Source: Callorhinchus milii (taxonomy: Eukaryota). From it: a DNA stretch of 64,000 bases. The stretch lies in contig NW_024704742.1 of NCBI RefSeq assembly GCF_018977255.1, positions 76,510,001-76,574,000 of the forward strand, in the 5' to 3' direction. Shown here in pieces: positions 25,244 to 38,699 of the stretch. The notes beneath the pieces are model-generated. The model had not been told where the DNA came from. It worked only from the letters and a program-made list of their open reading frames with translations, and did no database searches. Each line of letters begins with the position of its first letter. Positions within the stretch are counted from its first letter, which is position 1. Made by a program: the position numbers and the translations under genes.

Positions 25244-26062
25244 CTTTAAATAAACAGAAACAAATATAAAACGTCAAATATGATGACCTGGACATGTTGA
25301 ACCATATTTATCATTGAACCATATTTATCGTCAAACAATCTGCCTCAGAAAAGGTTTGAATATGATGTAATAATTTACAAGAATTTCATTTTGCTTATTC
25401 ACAAGTAATTTTAATGGACCGTAAAAATCTAACATTGCAACAAAAATATTGTATTCCTGTCGACTGCATTTAATAATAATAAAAATTCCTGTATTTGATA
25501 TAATAATAATAATCCTTGCATTTTTATCATGCCTTATCACGTCTTTGAGACATCTCAAATCGCTTCACAGGATTATTCTGTAAAGTGTAGTGACATGGTT
25601 GGTGCCTTTCATGTCAGGAATGCAAGTGCTTCACATGATTTACTGTATAATGTAGTGATTGTGTATTTTAAAGTCAAAATCCTATAACCTATTTGCACAC
25701 AGTATCATGGGATGTTTAATATCCACCTGATCAGATAAGATCTCAGTTGAACACGCAAACTGGGACAACTTTGCAAGAGGTTCCTTTTACGATATAGGTT
25801 GTCTTTCCTTATTCCCCAATTACGCAGAGTCCAGGAAGCATGCTGGTTGGAGCACTCACCTTGCAAGTGAGAGGACCTTGGTTCAAAAACCGGAAAGGGC
25901 GAAACGTTAGGCAAGTTTTTACTCCACACGCCTCCATTTAACTAGCAGTATGTAGGAATTCAGATGTTAATCAATTGACGCATTGCTTTCCCGGGGTTAA
26001 TAATCCCTTCAAAAAATAATATTAATAATAATAATTTGCTCACATAATCCTTGACTGTTTTG
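25081..26062. repeat. Segmental duplicate (copy 2) of 6137-7122
   Basis: As above. Similarity stops mid-SINE at about 26062, whereas that SINE continues in the other copy. Confidence 0.95.
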
Positions 26063-26494
26063 AGAAAACTTTTCTTTACACATTGAACTGTGGTGTAAAA
26101 ACACTACAGTACCTGTTGTGACACCTCATTTTGACTCTCTAGGTTTGTTTTTTTGGATCATAAACCAACTTTAATGAAAATTCAAGCTGCCACAGTCCGC
26201 AAGAGAGCAAAGAGACAATGTCACTGTGAAATACACGGAGGAAAGCCTCAATAAATGAAAAGTTGGTTGAGTTGTTTAACCAATGGAGCAGAAATTGTAC
26301 CATTCAGGTTTGTATCTCAAATGTGTTTGTATAACACTTAAGAAGTAATAAAAACTTGAATGTTTTATAACTGTTGCAATCTGGGAAAGTTGTTTGAAAA
26401 TGCACACATCTGAAGGATGTTTGTTTCAAAGTCTTTCAACAATGAAAGTCTATTATATTATCTTGCACTTTTCATCTCAGTCCATCTGAATTTG

Positions 26495-26895
26495 TAGCAG
26501 TGTCACATCTGGATCAGAAAGGTTAGGGTTCAAATCATTTGTAAGGACTTTGAGCTCAGTATACGCTGACACTCCAGTGCAGTGCTGGTGAATAAATGGA
26601 TTTTGAGAATTGCCGTCCTTCAGATGAGATGTCAATCTGAAGTCCTTCCTGTCTGTTCAGGAGGACGTTAAAGATCATGTGATAATACTTGAAAAAAAAA
26701 GGCGATTTCTCCCAGCATCCTGACCAACAGTCCTTCAGATTATTTACTCATTGATTTAATGTCTTGGTGTGGGACCCTGCTGATAATTGGCAAATTGGCT
26801 TAGAGGTTTGTCCACAATAAGACTTGACTGTAATTAAATGTAAAACTCTGAGACATTTCAGTCATTGCAGATGTTTCATCAAATGCAAGAATTAC
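26495..26895 (+). mobile_element. Old DeuSINE-like element. Related copies at about 7690-7900 (+), 8910-9210 (-), 17090-17480 (-), 26940-27265 (-), 50040-50260 (-) and 58680-59080 (-)
   Basis: Recurrent core gctgacactccagtgcagt...gccgtc.ttc.gatgagatgt...caggtggacgttaaagatcccatggcactattt, resembling from memory the Deu domain of AmnSINE/SacSINE. L2-like tail. Confidence 0.6.
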
Positions 26896-27946
26896 TATTG
26901 CAATGGTGATGTGCTCGTCAACCTTATGACAATAAAGTAATAATAATTCTTATATTTGATATAGGACCTTGTCATGTCATCAAGACATCTGGAAAGCACT
27001 TCACAGGATATGCTGTAAACTGATGCAACTGTGTATTTTGAGTGAATGCAGCAGCCAATTTGTACCCAACAATGTCCCACAAACAGCCATGGAGATAGTG
27101 ACCAATTATATTTGTGGGATTGTTGGCCAGGACATTGGGAGAAACTCACTTCTCTTTTCAAACAGTGCCTTGAAATATTTAACATCCACTGTACAGGCAG
27201 CCAGAATCTTAGTCTAATGTCTCATCCGAATAATGACAAATTTGGAGTGTCAGCTTAGACCATATGGGTTCCAGGGCCTGATGTATTTTCTGCTATTCAT
27301 CCAATATTAGAGTCAGAATGTATCTGCCACGAGCACTTCCCTCTCCCTCTGTCATTTGAATTCACATCCTTACCCTTTTGAATGAGTCTCTTTGGGCTAG
27401 GCACTCTCCAGACAGAGAGTCTGCTACACTCTACACCCTGCAGTTAATTTTTAATTACCCATAGAATTGTTTGTGCTGTATTAACTCTAACAATAATAAT
27501 ATTAATAATAATTATTGCCTATGATGTGGCACCTTCCACGTTGGGAGAATGTCTCAAAGCACTTTACACAATATATTGTAAAGTTGCATGACTCTGTTTT
27601 TGTGTGCAAACTCTCATATTAAGTAATATTCATTAGAATTAGGTTAACTGTGTTATTTTCACAACCATCACTTCACACACAAATTACTGCGCACATTTAT
27701 TTGGTAAATGCAGCTTCTTGGAACATAGCATTTACATTGCATTTGAACTTCCACTCCTGTGGTGCTTCCAGCATTGACTTTACTGAATTTGCAAACAATA
27801 ATCAGAATAGAGTAAGAACGACAAGTGACATCAGTGTGATGTCATACTTAACCAGAAACGTAGAACTAACAAAAACACTAACGAAAAACTAATGAAAAAA
27901 CTTTTAAAAAAGAAAAAAAAATTTTGTTAAAAAATCCCTAAAATCC

Positions 27947-30900
27947 AGAGAGAGAGAGAGAGAGCGAGAGGAGAGAATGGCATGGAAGCTGAGCTGGAAT
28001 GTGAGGTGCAGACATGTGCACACAGTATAAGGCAAAGTGAGAGCTTCCTGGAAAGTTTCATCCTGGAGCCAGTCACTCCCCTGAGATTCAGGGAATGTAT
28101 AGATTATGTTACTAGTCAGGGACAGGACAGGGTGACTGACAAGCAGGTAAGGGGACCCCAGAGAGAGTGGTGGAGAATCCCCAGGCTTTAACCTTGTCCA
28201 ACAGATATGAGATACTTGCAACCTATGTGGACAGGGAAGCCTGTGAGGAGTTTGGGCAAACTGACTCCAACACCTTTATAAGGAGCCGTGTGGAGAGATA
28301 GACAGAATTTAATTGGAGGATGTCTCTTCATGGCTGGAGAAGAATTTGAGGCAGAAGGAGGAGGATCCAATTGTGGTAATCCATATAGGTACCAACGGTA
28401 TAGGTAGTACTAGCAGGGACGACTTGAAGAGTGAGTTCAAGAAATTGGGAATGAAATTAAAAGGTAGGACTGCCAAAGAAATAATATCGGAATTACTGCC
28501 TGAGCCATGTGCAAATTTGTTTAAAGGCATAAACAAAATATAGAGTTAAATGCATGGCTAAAAGAGTGACGTGGAGGGCAGGGGTTTCATTTTATGGGCC
28601 ACTGGCACCAGTATTGGGGGAAGTGGGAGCTATTCCATAGAGATGGGCTCCACCTAAACCGAGCTGGGACCAATGTCCTCGCAAAACAAATAAATAGGGA
28701 GGTAGGCAGAGCTTTAAACTACTAAGTGGGGGAGGTGGGGTGGAAGGCTACAACTACAGTTAGAAGTAAACCAATAAAACTAAGAATGTTGAAGGTGGTA
28801 GAGCAGATTAGCGAGGGAGATAAACAGAGTGTGTCAAGGAGGGACAAGAAGCTCAGAAAAGAAAATAGGGCATGAGCGAGTAGGGGAAATAGCAAGAAGT
28901 GGAAATTAAAGGTGCTATATCTGAATGTACAAATCATTCGTAATAAGATAGATAAATTAATGGCACAAATAAAAACAAATGGGTATGATCTAGTAGTCAT
29001 TACTGAGACGTGGTTACAAGGGGATCAAGAGTGGGAGCTAAATATTCTGGGGTATTCAGCATATAGGAAAGATAGGCAACGTGGAAAACGAGGTGGGGGG
29101 CGGGTAGGCCTGCTAATATAGGATGGAATAAAAACAGTAGAGAGGAACGATTTTAAATCAGAAAATCAGGATGTAGAGTCAGAATGGGTGGAATTACAAA
29201 ATAACAAGGGGGAGAAAACACTTGTGGGAGTAGTTTGTAGATCCCCCAAACAGCAGTCACAGTATTGCGCAGAGTATTAACGAGGAAATTAGAGAAGCGT
29301 GTAGCAAAGGTTTTAATCTTCATATAGATTGGGAAAACCAAATTGGCAAAGGTAAGTTAGAGGAGTTTATAGAATGCATTAGAGACAGATTTCTAGATTA
29401 GTATGCTGAGGAGCCAACCAGAGAACAGGCGATCCTAGCTCTTTTTTTTATGTAATGAAATAGGGCTAATCAGCAATTTGGAAATTAAGGCTCCTCCAGG
29501 GCAGAGTGATCTTAACATGATGGAATTTAGCATTAAGTTAGAGAGTGATGTAGTCAAGTCCAAGGCAATGGTCTTAAATTTAAATAGAGCCAACTTTGCA
29601 GGTATGAGAGAGGATTTAGCTAAATAGACTGGGGAATTAGATTAAAGGATATGCCAGTAGACCAGCAATGGCAAACCTTTAAAGATATTGTACATAATTC
29701 CCAGCGATCACATATTCCCTTGAGGAATAAAAATACCATGGGAAAAGTGGTTCAACCATGGCTAACTAGAGCAGTTAGGGCAAGTATAAAATTAAAAGAA
29801 GAGACCTATAATACTGCCAAAAAGAGCAATAAACCCAAGGATTAGGAGGGCTTCAGAGACCAACAAAGAAAGACTTAGAAACTGATTAGGAGGGAGAAAA
29901 TGGATTATGAGGGCAAACTAGCTAGGAACATAAAGACAGACTGCAAGAGTTTTTACAAATACATTTAGAGGAAGAATCTAGCAAAAGTGAATGTGGGTCC
30001 ATTACAGGCAGAGACAGGAGGAATTATAATGGAGGATAAAGATATGGCAGAGTCATTAATCAAATACTTTGCTTCTGTCTTCATGTTAGAAGACATGGAA
30101 AACTTACCAAAAATAGAGGGGAACCAAGAAGCTAATGTCAGTGAGCAACGTAGGGAAATTAACATCAGTAAAGAATTAGTACTAGAGAAACTGTTGGTAT
30201 TGAAAATGACAAATCCCCTGGACCTGATGGTCTGCATCCTAGGGTTTTAAAAGAGGCGGCTGCTAAGATAGTGGATGCCTTGTTTTTGATCTTCCACTTG
30301 TGGGAGTAGTTTGCAGATCCCCCAGAGAGAAGATGGGAAATTATAGACCAGTCAGTCTGACATCGGTGGTAGGGAAGATTCTAGAATCCTTAATTAGGGA
30401 CGTCATAGTGGGGTACTTAGAAGACCATAACATGATTAGACAAAGTCAACATGGCTTTACATGCTTAACAAATCTTTTAGAGTTTTTTGAGGATGTAACT
30501 AACAAGTTAGATAGGAGGAAACCAATAGATGTAGTATATTTAGATTTTCAGAAGGCATTCGACAAGGTGCCACATAAAAGGCTGCTACACAAGATTAGGT
30601 CACATGGAATTAAAGGCAATATATTAGCATGGATCGAAGAGTGGCTAACGGGAAGCAAACAGAGAGTAGGGATAAACAGGACCTTCTCAGATTGGCAAGA
30701 TGTGACTAGTGGAGTGCCACAAGGATCAGTGCTTGGGCCTCAACTATTTACAATCTATATCAATGATCTGGGCGAGGACATAGAACTTAAAATATCTAAA
30801 TTTGCGGATAATATTAAGCTAGGTACGAGAGTAAGCTCTGAGGATGACACAAAAAGATTGCAAAGGGTTATAGATAAGCTAGGTGAGTGGGCAAGAAGAT

Positions 30901-32050
30901 GGTGGATGGAATATAATGTGGGGAAGTGTGAGGTTATTCATCTAGGTAGTGAAAACAGAAAAGCAGATTATTTTCTAGAAGGGGAGAGACTAGATAGTGT
31001 TAGTGTTCAGAGGGATTTCGGTGTCCTTGTACACCAGTCACAAAAGTTAGTATGCAGGTACAGCAAGCAATTAGGAAGGCTAATGGCATGTTGGCGTCTA
31101 TTGCAAAAGGGTTAGACTACAAGTGTAGGGAAGTTTTGCTGAACTGGATACAGCCTTGGTGAGACTGCACCTAGAATGTTGTGTGCAGTTTTGGTCTCCT
31201 TATTTAAGAAAGGACTTACTCATCTAAAGAGGGTGCAGCGTAGATTCACTAGGTTAGTTCGCTGGGATGAGCGGGTTGACCTATGATAGGTTGAGTAAAC
31301 TAGGCCTATATTCTCTAGAATATAGAAGAATTAAAGGTGATCTTATAGAACATATAAGATTCTTATGGGGCTTGACAAAGTAGAAAGTGCGTGACTAATT
31401 CCCCTGGTAGGAGAATCTAGAACGAGGTGTCACAGTCTTAAGATTAAGGGACAGCCCTTTCGAACAGAGTTGAGGAAACACTTCTTCACTCAAAGGGTAA
31501 TGAATTTATGGAATTCTCTACCCCAGAAGGCTGTAGATGCTCAGTCCTTGAACATATTTAAGACTGAGATTGATAAATTTCTGAAGGATAGAGGGATTAA
31601 GGGATAGAGTCCTGTAGCTCAGTGGTAAGAGCAGTCGCTTTGCAAGCGAGAGACCTGAGTTCAATTCCAGGCAGGGCGAAATCTTGGGCAAGTTTCCTTA
31701 CTCCACACGCCTAATAATAATCTCTCCAAAACCAAAAACAATAATAAATTGGTCATTTACAATCTACGACTGTTTGTGGGACATTGCTGTGCGCAATTGG
31801 CTGCCGCGTTCGCCCACAAATATACAGTCAATTCACTTTACAATGTTCTGTGAAGCGCTTTGGGACGTCCTCCCGACGTGAAAAGCGCTATATCAAATGC
31901 AAGGATTATTATTATTATTATTATATGCGGATAAGGCGGGCAGATGGAGTTAGGTTAGAAGATCAGCCATGATCGTATTGAATGGCAGGGCAGGCTCGAG
32001 GGGCCGAATGGCCTACTCCTGCTCCTAATTCTTATGTTCCTATATTCCTA
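27947..32050 (+). mobile_element. Near full-length degenerate CR1 LINE (esterase-type ORF1, APE-RT ORF2)
   Basis: ORF1 SGNH-like motifs (VVIHIGTN, DGLHLN). APE start LYLN...VITETWL...YRKDR at 28912. RT motifs NYRPVSLTS, YLDFQKAFDKVPH, GVPQGSVLGP and KFAD. CR1-type 3' end ggccgaatggcct...ttcttatgttcctat. Many stops and frameshifts. Confidence 0.92.
31607..31924 (+). mobile_element. Young tRNA-derived SINE nested in the CR1 3' end
   Basis: Same family. Splits the CR1 sequence aagggata / tgcggataagg. Confidence 0.9.
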
Positions 32051-32676
32051 ATATCCTTCCTGTTTTGATTTTTGTTTTTGGTCAGCTGGGCGTCTGACAA
32101 TTGCAAAACCTATTACCATGCTTAAGCGTATCCAAATCACACTGAGAATTGTTGGAATGGAAATGTGCACTCTCCCTGAAGGGATACATTTTGCTTACTT
32201 AATTCCAGAAAGTATAAGGCACAGATTGGGGCAAGAGACAAGGCTTGGGGACCCCAGAGTGGGTGCTTGACCTTTACAGACAAGCTGTCCTATAATGGTC
32301 CTCCCGCTATGCTGAAGGTAAATATTGGTCAAATCGCTGATGAGTGAACTTAGAGGCTTTGCCTGGAGTTCAAGTTTAAATACCTAACCTGCTTTGGCTC
32401 TTTGCCTAGTTATAATCAGGACCAATAGAAAATTGTGCAAAAATTTGCCAAAAAATGTGGGGTAGTTTGAGAAATTTTGCAGAAAATTGCAGTGAGTTGA
32501 TTGGTGCTATTGAGAGGTACATTTTACTGCCAACTTTTCACTTCATTGATAAACATACAATAAAGAAATGCATGAAGAAATTACTTAAATAATTTATAGT
32601 AGATATCCATTTAATAACAAATTAATACTTTCTTCAACAAAAACTGGGTCAGCCAGCCCTCGTAAACCGACGGTCT

Positions 32677-32859
<183 letters not shown>

Positions 32860-34429
32860 TCAGGGTTACAGAGCGATTACTAATGCAGCTGAAAGTGAAA
32901 AAAAATAAGTGAAGAGAAACTTGGAATAAAAGAAAGATGCAGCGCTATTTTTCTAGCCAACCATAGCTTCATAGTTGCTATAAGCTCTACATAGAAGCTT
33001 ACTCCCATCATAAACTATTTACATAAAACTATACAGCATAGAAATGAGTCAGCTGGTCCATCTATGTCCTGTTCCCCTCTTTCTTAAACCAGAAAGCTGT
33101 AATTGGAAATGTCAGTTGGTAAGCATTGTTGCCTCTTAAGTCAGAATATTGTGGGTTCAAGCACCACAATGGGACGTTGGAACTTGCAGAACAGTTCCCT
33201 ATAAGGAATTTCTGGTTATTATGCTAAAATATGCTGGAATTAATGCAAAGAAAATCAAGGTAAATACAGATTAAAGAGTGATTATCCTAAACAATACATG
33301 AAGTCACATAATTTTTGATGGGCAGGTGATGGGGGTGTAGAGTTTGGTGCAAGAGAAGATACGGGTGGCGCAATTTTGAATAAATTGGATTTGATGAACA
33401 ATGAAGCTGGGGAGACCGGCGAGGAGGACATTGGAAAACTGAAGGTGGGAGGTGAAGAATATGTGGATAACAATGCATTTTTTTAGTCAGCTGGGTGTCT
33501 GACATATACAGAAACCCATGACAATGCTTAATGGTATCAAAACCAAACTGAGAATTCCATGCATTCCAACAACACATGGAAATTGCACAGATGTTTATTG
33601 GAGTAAAATGTCCACTCTCTCCCTGGAGGAACGCATCCTGCTTACCTAATTCTAGAAAGTATTAGGCCCAGTTTGGCACAAGACAAGGCTTGGGGATACC
33701 AGAGTGTGCATTGGGGTAGTGCTGGCATCTAACCGCTTAAAACCACCTAACTTACCATTGAAAACACTGTCTGGCAAGCTTTTCCACTGTGTGTCTAGCT
33801 CGAATCACCCTACCCATTAGATATTTGGCTTGCAGAGTTAATAGGAGGTCAGATAGAAAGAGTCCCTGCCCTCAATGACTGGTCTGTCCTTCCAAATCCT
33901 GCTGGTGGGCCATGCTGGCTGTGCATGGTTCTAGAGTACTCCAGGTCCACGTACTACGTACCAGGCTTACTCAGCACCAGCTGCTTAACAGATCCTCATG
34001 TGAGGGGCCTTAGCAAATAGACGTGCCCACTGTGAAGCCACCTCCAGGTTGCTTAGCAACAGGGCAATATAGGTTGGAGACCTCCCTCCGTACAGCCGCT
34101 TCCTGTGTTTGCCCAAATCCATAATCCTTGCATTTGACAGAATAATAATAATCCTTGAATTTGATATAGCGCATTTTCACATCTGCTTGATCCTGGACTT
34201 TGCAAATGGTCAGACGACTTATCTGGAATGGTTATCCAGATAACAACGTATCTAGAGGGTATACTGCTAGCTAATGATTGCTACCAGCAATAAATAAATT
34301 CAGCCTCATTTTTATACTAAATTTATCAGACTCATATGTGTGAAGAGCTAAGTTGGACCCTTAGGATTCAAACAGTCTTTAGTTTTTAGGATCACATGTT
34401 TATAGCTAAACTCCATGAACTGTTCAACA

Positions 34430-37360
34430 AAAACAACAACTTGCATTTATACAGCACCCTTCATGTGGGGGAGCGTCCCTGAGTGCTCCACAGTGGCGGA
34501 ATCTGACACCAAGCCAGGGGGAGAGGGAAGGGGGAGGTGACCGTAAGCACGATCAAAAAGGAAGGTCTTTAGGTGAAATTTGAAAGTGGGAAGGGAGGGG
34601 GCAAGGCAGGTGGATTGAGGGAGAGTGTTCCAGAGTTTCGGGGTGTAACTGCTGAAGGCATGGTGACTGATGGTGGAGCAGAGGGGACTAGGGACAAACA
34701 GGAGGCCAGAGCCAGCCGAGCGATGGCAGAGGGTAGGGGAGTGGGGGTAAAGAGTGTGGAGAGGTAGGGAGATGTGAGGGAATGAAGGGATTTGAAAACA
34801 AATGAGAAGATCTTGAAATCGATCTGTTCAGTAATTGGGAACCAGTGGAGCCTGGGAAGGATTGGTTCCTTTCCAATACACAAAATATTCAGATAGAAGG
34901 TTACAATAGCAACAACTTGCATTTATACAGCGCCCTTCAGACAGGGTATTGTTTCAGAGCACTTGATGGTGGCAGAGCACACCGCCGAGCTGGGGCAGAG
35001 GAAGGTGGCCTTAGGCTCAATCGAATAGGAAAATCTTCAAGATTGGGAAGGGGCAAGGCGGAAGGACAGAGAGAGTGTGTTCCAGTGTTTCAGGGCACAG
35101 TGGCTGAAAGCGCGACCACCAATGGAATAGAAGGTACACGGGACATGCAGAAGGCCAGAGCGAGTCGAGCGGAGGCAGCAGGCTTTGGGTTCGTGGGTAA
35201 GCAGGTCGGAGAGGTAGGGAGATGCCAGGGCATGAAGGGATTTGAAAACAAGTGTGAGGATCTTGAAATTGATCTGTTTGGCGTTAGTGAGCCAAGGAGC
35301 CTGGTTCGAACTGGTATGATGGGGGTACAGAGTTCAGTACAGGCTGCGGCGTTTTGGATCAGCTGGATCCTATGCATGACGAAGCTGGGGAAACTGACAA
35401 AGAAGGCATTTGAAACATCGTTGGGAGATGACAAACCCATGGACGAGTGGACCGTACCAATAACAACAACAGATTGCATTTATCTGATGCCTTTCATGTT
35501 GGGAGGACATCCCAAGAGCTGCACAGTTCAGGATTGGAGGAAGGCAATGGGGGTGGGGTGGGGGAGATGATCGAAGGCGGTCGAAAAGGAAGGTCTTCAG
35601 GAATGATCTGAAGATGGGGAAGGAGGGGGGCGACGCGAAGGGGTTGAGGGAGGGAGTTCCAAAGTTTTGGGGCGTAGTGGCTGAAGACACGGCTGCCAAT
35701 GATGGAGCAGAGGATTCGGGGGACGCAGAAGAGGCCGGACCTGGTAGAGCGGAGGCAGCAGGTACTGCTGTGGGGAGAGAGGAGGTTAGAGAGATAGGGG
35801 GATGCCAAGGAATGGAGGGATTTAAACACCAGAGTGAGGATCTTGAAGTCAATCCGCTGTGTGACAGGGAGCCAGTGGAGTTTGGCAAAGACTGAAGTAA
35901 TTGGGGTACGAAGTTTGGTGCAGGTGAGAATGCGGGCGGCAGAGTTTTGAATGAGCTGGATTTTGTGGATGAGGGGAGACCAGCGAGGAGGGCGTTAGAG
36001 TAGTCCAGCCGAGAGGTGACAAAGGACAAGGGTTTGGGCAGCTTTTGGGGTGAGGTATTGTCAGAGGTGGGCAATGTGGGGGAGATGGAAGAAAGCAGTG
36101 CTGGTCAGGGACCAGATGTGCGGGAGGAAGGATAACTGGGATCGAACCTGATGCTTAAGTTGCGTACGGTTCAGAGAGTTTTAAGGACAGGTCGGGTAGA
36201 GGTTAAAGAGGTTGAAACTGTGGGATAGAAGATGTCAGCGGAAGCCAAACAGTATGACTTCCGTCTTGTTGACATTTAACTGAAGGAAATTTGCTCTCAT
36301 CCAGCTCCTGATGTCTGACAGACAAGCTGACAGAACATCAGGGTACTGGGGCTTGCAGCTGGAGGCGGAAAAGTAGAGTTGAGTGTCATCCACATACATG
36401 AGGAAGTTAACTCCGTTCTGCGGATGACATCACCAAGAGGGAGCACATAGATGAGGAAGAGAAGGGGGCCAAGGATGCAACCCTGGGGTACTCCGCAGGT
36501 GACTGTGTAGAAGTGAGAAGAAAAGCCATTTGCAGAAATGTATTGCTGGCGGTTTGTAAGGCAGGACTCGAATCAAGCTAGTGCGGTACCACTGAGGTGG
36601 ATGATGGAGGACAGGCGGTGGAGGAGGATGGCGTGTTGAACGTGGCAGAGAGGTCCAGGAGGACAAGGAGGCAGAGGAGGTCCTGGTCAGGATGTCGTTT
36701 GTGACCTTCACATGCGCTGTCTCTACAAATACTACACTTGTCTACAAATTCCTTCACGTCCTTGGCACTTTCCTACCTTTCTGACCTGCTTTCTCCACTC
36801 TCCACTACCCACTGACTCCACTCAGCTGGCACTGGCCTCCTGCTCTCCACTCCACCAGCAGCGGCCACACTTTCAGCCACTATGCCTGAATCTTTGCATC
36901 TCTCACCCTCAGTTCCTTTGCCTTGCCCCCTGCATCCGTTACTTTAGACCATGAATGAAGACCTTCCTCTTTGACCGTGCTTACGGTCACCTCCTCCTTC
37001 CCCTGGCTCGCTGTCAGGCTCAGAGATGCTGCCCTGCATGAAAGGCGCTATACAAATGTAATTTGGGTTTGTTTGTTGTTGTTGCTCGGCAATCAGAGGC
37101 AGTGAGTGGGTTGCTAGGATTAAAGAATTAACAAAGATAAGGTGGGGCAAGACCATGGAGAGAGTGGGGTCAAAGATCCTGAACTCAGTCACATATCTAG
37201 TTACTGGGGATGGGAAGCCAATGGAGCTGGGTAAGAATAAGGGTGATAGGATTGTAAAGCATAGGGTGGGAAAGGACACAAGCTGCAGATTTCTGGGTAG
37301 AACTGCAGCTTTCATAGTTCTGGGTCGTCAAGTGATCAGAGCCTTGGCATAGTCAAGCAG
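34430..37360 (-). mobile_element. Pile-up of about five L2 LINE fragments (mostly minus strand; 36715-37085 plus strand)
   Basis: Repeated (caa)n tails at about 34430, 34910 and 35460. SFVTSRLDYSNALLAGLP, MYVDDTQLY and KVTNDIL motifs. Confidence 0.88.
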
Positions 37361-37522
37361 GAAACAAAATCTTCAGCAGAAAATAAAGTTATTAGTTATT
37401 ATCCAAGGAGAGATGATTGAATCATTCACACACACACTGCTGGTAAAATTATACTCTCATAGGTGAGAAAAAAGTTGTTCATTCTATTAAACTTTGGAAT
37501 AAGGTCAAAACTGCACACTAAG

Positions 37523-37849
37523 CTTGATATACACAATTTTTCCTCCATCCTGTAACTGTACAGGTCCGACCATCAGAGAAGATGTAGGACATTGACAGAA
37601 GACACAGTGGCCGTATGAAGTCAGTGAACAGTAGAGGAGAGGAAAGCTCCAGCACTGCAATGTCATAGTCAAATTTACTTGTCTTGCCATAATTGGGATG
37701 AGTGATAATCCTTTTTGATGGCTCTTGATGTATCTTCTCCTACAGTAGCTTGGGACGTCCTCCCGACGTGAAAGGCGCTCTATAAATGGAATCTTGTTGT
37801 TTTAGCTGACCCCATGTAAGCTGTCCACAGCAATGGATTGGCTTTTTTT
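37523..37849 (-). pseudogene. Copy B protease exon SP2, disrupted
   Basis: KKANPLLWTAYMGS[L2-tail insert with in-frame TAG]...(+1 A at 37712-37716)IITHPNY...DYDIAVLELSSPLLFTDFIRPLCL...CTVTGW. The donor is mutated to G|cttagt. Confidence 0.9.
37751..37802 (+). mobile_element. 52-nt L2 3'-tail insertion in a protease exon, TSD tagct
   Basis: tagct[tgggacgtcctcccgacgtgaaaggcgctctataaatggaatcttgttgttt]tagct. Absent at the homologous site of copies A, C and D. Confidence 0.9.
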
Positions 37850-38511
37850 CTGAACAAATATGCAAGTAAAATGTTAATTGCATGCACCTAGATAATTGCA
37901 GCATCAAATAAAGAACAGCTTTATTGATAAATACAGATCCTAAATACAACAGAAATATTTGGAAAAATACCAGTGCCCCAAGTTGACTAAATTGAATACT
38001 GGGTTTAGTTCTCTGGTCTCCTATAAAACCTTTATAACTAAATGCATTGTTCAAGGATTCCCCAATAGCCTGACTGGAATATTGATCTTCCAAAGGACAG
38101 CACCTCGAACAATCTGGTGCTTCCAGAGCGCTTTTTTTTATTATGTCAAATATTATTTATTTATATTATTTTTTCTATTTTGAACTCTAATTTTAGTTTG
38201 ATACTCTTAAAGGATAGTGGTGGGTTTCTGCGTGTATCAGACACATAATAATACATAGATAATATTTAATTATTTATTGCAATAGCTTAAAATAAAGTGT
38301 CAGCTGTCAGCTCAAAAGTCCACATCTTTCCTACTCAGAGGGAAGAGTACTACCAGTTAACTGTGCCAGGCAATGGCCCCCAACTCTTCCAACCAATGGC
38401 AATGATTATTTTTGGAATTTTTAATCTGTTGTGAAATGTTGCATTTTTCACCCAAAAGTATTTTTGAAAAATTGAAGCTCAAATAACCCCCTGAAAAATG
38501 GAATACTTTAC

Positions 38512-38661
38512 CCCTGGAAACAGTGGACAGCTGAGATTAGCCACTTGTCAGAGATGATAGAAGCCCCACAAATGTGTGTCCTTATCTGAAGGCTCACTTG
38601 CAGGGCCATTTATCAGTCTCCGAGTCGTCTCCACCAACAATCCTACTGGATATTTCACTAG
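38512..38661 (-). pseudogene. Copy B protease exon SP1, frameshifted
   Basis: [19 protein letters not shown](fs)[37 protein letters not shown]- CAA lacks one G (about 38601). The pro-peptide CGT.. segment is absent. Donor GG|gtaaag. Confidence 0.9.
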
Positions 38662-38699
38662 CTGCGTGTAAAATGTAGAAATTTTTGTTAATCAGATAA

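Noticed and set aside
30300..31115. 271-aa RT ORF as a functional gene
   Set aside because: Part of a CR1 with stops and frameshifts on both sides; the catalytic motif reads FADN rather than FADD.
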